A stretch of 63,860 nucleotides of DNA, the filler included, from Collodictyon triciliatum (Eukaryota): the NCBI GenBank assembly GCA_043381765.1. It is 4 parts of 4 records of this genome, joined end to end, with 100 filler letters (N's around TTAATTAATTAA, not from the genome) between each part and the next. Parts side by side here need not be neighbours in the genome. Positions count along the whole stretch, not along the records: positions 50,260 to 63,860 come from JBHJMP010001535.1; 3 more parts are not named here. One strand, written 5' to 3'. The position numbers and the translations under genes were made by a program. The number at the start of each line of letters is the position of its first letter. Within the stretch, counting starts at the first letter, position 1. Of this stretch, positions 58,901 through 63,860 are shown one piece after another. The notes beneath the pieces are model-generated. The model had not been told where the DNA came from, did not search any database, and was given only the letters and a program-made list of their open reading frames with translations.

Positions 58901-61770
58901 TATTCTCAGGAAAAATGAGGCCTTATTGTCATTAAAGCAATCGCTAGATATTTTCATATCTACCTTGGGAGAAAATCATCCGAATGTCGTTGCCTGCTAT
59001 GAAATGATTGGAGACATCAGCCATGATTTGAAGGAGTATGTATTTATCAATTCTTTACATTTTTAATCAAAAATTAATTAATTATTTATGCTATCCTAGC
59101 TTCAAGGATGCTTTGGAGGCCTATAAAAAGACGCTGAATATTCATAAGAGAACACTTGGCGAAAGACATGCTGATTATGCGACTTCTGTTGAGAATGTTG
59201 GCAGAACAAACTTTGAGCTTCAAAGGTTTATTTCTCAATAATTCCTATTTATTGAATATTTCGATCAATAATCGTAAAGAATCAAACTCATAAATTACTA
59301 AATTGCATACATTCAGATTGAGACAAGTTGTTGAATACTTCCAGAAGGCAGCGACTATCAGAAAGGAGACAAAAACAATCATTTCCCTGAAAGATGGTTC
59401 GCAATGTACAAGAATTGCGAAAATTATGGGAGATAAGGAAGAACATGAAGCCGCCATTCAGCTCTACAAAACTGCTGCTGTTAGACATAGTGAAAATTCC
59501 TCCTATGAAAACTGGGACTGCTGGGTGGCTTGTGAGAATGTGCATCAACACTGCAAAGAGAATAAGCTGCATGGAAGTGGAGTCGCATTCTGGACTGAGA
59601 TGAGAGACAAATTCGCTGATAAACTCGGATGGATTCACCCCAGAACATTAGCCTCCTGCGAATACGTGTCGGCCCATTCAAAAGAAATCGGAATCAACAA
59701 AGAGCCTCTTGAGTTTACAAGAGTCAAGAAATTTATCAGTGAAACTCTTGATGATGCAAAACTGGATGAAGAATGGAATCGTGAGCAAATCATTGCATCA
59801 TTATTCAGAATTGTCTATATGTCAAAGACTGATGAAAGCAAATCAAAGGCTGCGTCTAATGCAATCACCCTTTTGAATTTCATGAACGTTTCGTTTGGTG
59901 GAATGGATTTATCAAACATCCAAATTCCACATGCAAATCTCAGTAACTCAATCCTTGATGGTGCAAACTTTGCTGGTGCCAACTTGGATGGTGTTGATTT
60001 CAAGAATTCGATGCTTGGTGATAGTGTTTTTGATGGCGCAAATATGAATAATGTGAAATTCGGAATTTCTCATGATAAACTAGAAGGTCATACATGTACT
60101 GTCAATAGTGTTTGCACTATTCAAGGACCGAATGGTGAAAATTGGCTGGCATCCGGAAGCAATGATAATACAATACGTATTTGGGATGTAGCCACAGGAA
60201 ATCAAATCAATACATTAGAAGGTCATACATGTACTGTCAATAGTGTTTGCACTATTCAAGGACTGAATGGCGAAAACTGGCTGGCTTCTGGAAGTTATGA
60301 TAAAACAATACGCATTTGGGATGTAGCCACAGGAAATCAAATTAAAACATTAGAGGGTCATGTAGATGATGTTAACAGTGTTTGCAGCATTCAAGGACCG
60401 AATAATGAAAACTGGCTGGCTTCTGGAAGTAATGATAATACAATACGTATTTGGGATGTAGCTACAGGAAACCAAAACCACACCATGGAAAAACCAGAAG
60501 TGACCTACATCCAAGGAAAATACCTAGCAAAGAATGAAAATACAGACGAAAATATTGCAGTATTCAATAGAATAAGTGATGCAATGAACGTGACTGATAC
60601 CAACGGAATCCAAGATGCAAAGACAGTCCAGATTATCGGCCCAAGAAAGCTGCAAGGTGGAAACATCCAAATCAGGAATGTTACAGGAATAAGTCGATTC
60701 AACAAATACCTCGTACTTTCTATCGGAGCTGCTTCATTTGATGCGGACTTTGCTGCCTATTGTGAGCAGGGTAAGTTCACAAAGTTCCATGTTCAAATGA
60801 TGGCTGAATGCTATGAAAATGGATGGGGTGTCGAGAAGGACATTGAGAAGGCCTACTATTGGAGAGTTATCGCTCCTTTGAAATTATCATTAGACTTTGA
60901 TGAATTGAAGCATCTTGCTCAACAGGGCTCAAAGGATGCATTCAATGTCCTGGTGAGAATGGCTGAAACGAAGGAGAATATTGGAGAACGTCAAGAAAAA
61001 CTTCAATATCCAGAAACCATTTCTATTCTGGCTGAATGTTATGAAAATGGATGGGGTGTTGAGAGGGACTCTGAAAAGGCGTACTATTGGAGACATATTG
61101 CAATTCCTAAGTTATCATTAGACTTTGATGGATTGAAACAACTAGCCCAGCAAGGTTCAAAGGTTGCATTCAATGTCCTGGTAGAGATGGCTGAAATGAA
61201 GCAAGATTATTGGGATAAATTTCCAAAAGCCATTTCTATTGTTGCTGAGTGCTACGAAAATGGATGGAGTGTTGATAAGGACACCGACAAAGCCGTTGAA
61301 TGGTTCGGAAAGGCTAAAAAAAAAAAATTGAAAATCTCCAGCAACTAGCCCAACAAGGCTCAAAGAAGGCATTCAATATTTTGAAAGAAATGGCCGAAAT
61401 GATGGAAGATTGGGGATGCGTATATCCAGAGGCGGTTCATATTGTTGTTGAATGCTATGAGAATGGATGGGGTGTCGAGAAGGACACTGAGAAAGCTCAC
61501 CATTGGAGAGTTATCGCTCCTTTGAAATTAACATTAGATTTTGGGGGATTGAAGGATCTGGCACAACAAGGTTCAAAAGATGCATCCAATGCCTTGATAG
61601 AAATGGCTGAAATGAAGAAAGATATAAAAAATGGAAGGGGAGACAAAATTGGCGAAACTCTTAAATATCCAAAGACTGTTCCTATTGATGCTGAGTGCTA
61701 TGAGAATGGATGGGGTATCGAGAAGGACACCGAGAAAGCAGCCGAGTGGAAGAGGAAAGCCTCAGCTTAA
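52979..61770 (+). CDS. Chimeric NLR-like STAND protein: CH - DUF4062 - NACHT - TPR - pentapeptide - WD40x3 - SEL1; more than 25 exons; as assembled it stops at 61348, and the SEL1 array continues to 61770 after a -1 shift in an A12 run
   Basis: CH: VFEWVNHHL...CDDLMDGSFLAMLIEMLTGK. DUF4062: IRVFLSSTLHDTQQERD, IDLRWG, LGARYGWIP, SVTEYEIQYA. P-loop ADESGIGKSS; LLIDAINQI; GHPLYLRIILDEVRVFG. TPRs: KKSLELRIKKLGENALQVAQSY. Last exon from 59338 holds pentapeptide, WD40 and ECYENGWGVEKD repeats. Confidence 0.82.
60078..60482 (+). repeat. Three highly similar 135-bp WD40-coding tandem repeats
   Basis: Unit LEGHTCTVNSVCTIQGPNGENWLASGSNDNTIRIWDVATGNQINT with long identical nucleotide stretches between copies. 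Confidence 0.93.
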
Positions 61771-62359
61771 CTAGTAAGTTATAATAATAAAGGCATATTA
61801 ATAAATACATTCCTTAAATAGATTCATTTTTAGATGGAGAGATTCTCTGGGTTTTTTTCAAGCAGACCTCCGCTTTTTTCCCAGATGGACACCCTCCATG
61901 AAAAAAATAATAAAACCATAAAAAATGAAAGTGAAGCTGATTGATATATGTTGAATTTTTTTGCCTTTTCTCTCGTCTTTTTGTTTTATTTTGGCTCGTG
62001 GAATGGTAACAGGATTTTTTTAATCGATTAGAGCAAGAGTCACTTTCGTACCCGCATAACCGCGCGGTATTGTGTGCTGTAAAGTGAAATTAATTCCCAG
62101 AAAAAGATACCCATCCACTCTTATTCGTGTAAACCGTGTCCGTTAAGATTGTACATAAAGGCCTGGTTATCTTTAATTATCAAATTTCTTCCTCTCTTTG
62201 GTTTCGTGCACTTATATCTTCATTCTATGAATTATTTTTTGCATTATCTTATTTTATTCCTTTTTTCTTACAACCATTTATATTATGCATTCAGGTATCA
62301 TAGTTACAGACCATCACTTTTGCCTCAGAACCTGCAAATTTTTTCTTTGAATCGAATAA

Positions 62360-63135
62360 AGGAAAAAAATAACAGAAACACTGGGCATCACCCACACCCC
62401 ACTCACCGCGAGCTGGAGACAAGCACCAACCCCGCATGTCCTTCCAAATCACCGCTCTCTCATGCTTAATATCACCAATAGGGAGCTATGGATAGGCACA
62501 AGTGCGACAAAAGCTGGCAAAGTCTCCCAACAATGCACACTTTGCAGCAACGGTGATGAATCCATTGAGCACACATTTGTGCAATGTCCCTTCGCTCAAA
62601 ACCTGCGCGAAACAGCCGGCGAGATTCTTCAACTGACACTCAAGGCGGCTGCGGCTATTGGCTCAATCCAGGCGATATTTGGGCCTCTGCAACAGCTGCG
62701 CCCAGAGGCAAAAACATTCTGGGCAGTGACGCGAGGCCATTTGCTATGGACTATGTGGATAGCGCGCATATACTAACGCAAAGTAAGACTCAACAACCAG
62801 CCACCCATTCCTGATAATAGACTGAATGACATCATACAAATCTCTTTCCTCAACAGCTTCCTTCGCCACCTGCACGTTCTCTACTGCTCAGACCCTGTGA
62901 GAAGAGACATGTAGAAAGAGGCTGAGAAAGATATTAAATCTCGCCTTGTATCTCTCATGCAAGCACAAGACCCAGGCTACAGGCCAAACCGCAGGATGCA
63001 ATTCCTGATTACTGACTACTTCTCTGCCGCCCGACCACCAAGCAGCGTCCATGCAAATGATGGGTAGCAAACCAAAGTCAATATCAAAACCACCACTATC
63101 TTGCACATAATTGAAAGGAAAAATAAAATAAAATC
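62360..63135 (+). mobile_element. Decayed 3' end of an L1/Tx1-like LINE ORF2 (zf-RVT region)
   Basis: WRQAPTPHVLPNHRSLMLNITNREL...CTLCSNGDESIEHTFVQCPFA...LLWTMWIAR; in-frame stops downstream; A-rich AATAAA tail near 63120. Confidence 0.78.
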
Positions 63136-63860
63136 ATAAGGAAAAGGCGCTTCTTTAAACTTTTCTAATATAATCTCCACCCTGACATGTTTTGTTCCCA
63201 ATTGTGGCTGCCTTCTAAAAGAAAACCAAAGCAATTATAGTGGTTACACATACTTGTTTTGTGTCATCTTTATCCATTTCTGAACAGATTTGTACGTCAC
63301 CCGTCACCAAGCCCAACAACAAATAATGCGGGACAATTTTCTGGGGTGGCAGAGTGATGTCGGTATCGATACCACCATGTCGGAAGACAAACGGTAGGTG
63401 TGAAACTTCGTGTGGGGATGGCGACGAATAGTGCAATTATCGACAAAAATAAAATTAAATTATTATAACAAACAGAAGAAACTCATATTGTGTATGATAG
63501 TTCAACAGATAATGAAGAGTTGGATTTATTTGTATTTTAAGAAGCGACGTGTGGCCCTTTCTGTTTCCATTTGATCTGCATAAGAGAGTCTGGCCGATCG
63601 ACCTGATCGAACTGAATAAAGGGACATCACGACCGAGGCTGACCAACAAGAGTGAAAACTTTCCAACCCCACGTTGAATAGCGTTAGGAGGAGAGATAAA
63701 AATGGAAATAAAAACAAAAAAGCAAATATAACACCAAAGTCGTAGCGACCTCGGACAGATTCCAATAACAATGAGTGATAGGCGTCATAAAAAAAAAAAA
63801 AAAAAAAAAAAAAGCCCCGCCCTCCCTTTTTTTTTTTTTCAAACTAAAAATATAAAAAAA

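Noticed and set aside
63215-63436. 73-aa minus-strand ORF near the window end
   Set aside because: No recognisable motif or supported splice partner.

Overview
Eukaryotic, AT-rich, intron-dense genomic DNA (GT-AG introns, standard genetic code), most likely from a protist; the organism cannot be named from sequence alone. The window is not one locus. Three identical 100-nt linkers (44 N + TTAATTAATTAA + 44 N at 16679-16778, 33415-33514, 50160-50259) join four separate scaffolds, so gene order across them means nothing. Scaffold 1 (1-16678): 3' part of a GT77-like glycosyltransferase with EGF repeats; an almost intronless DUF4062-NACHT-WD40 (NWD/NLR-like) gene with an abrupt GC-rich 3' end; RPL10; and a K+ channel gene whose spliced product has at least three tandem Kv (6TM/P) repeats and is cut off at the scaffold end. 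Scaffold 2: midasin (5' part), alternative oxidase, intron-containing tRNA-Tyr, ribophorin I and a SMYD4-like gene. Scaffold 3: Rsm22/METTL17 (3' part), a STAT-type linker-SH2 protein, DEK_C-PC4, CSN1 and an EF-hand-like orphan. Scaffold 4: an L1/Tx1-type LINE whose endonuclease is interrupted by a solo LTR (TG..CA, 5-bp TSD), a chimeric NLR-like gene (CH-DUF4062-NACHT-TPR-pentapeptide-WD40-SEL1) and a LINE 3' relic. The best candidates for new biology are the single-chain multi-repeat K+ channel and the two DUF4062-NACHT receptors with apparently swapped or stacked sensor modules. Gene models were spliced by hand and no database search was run.
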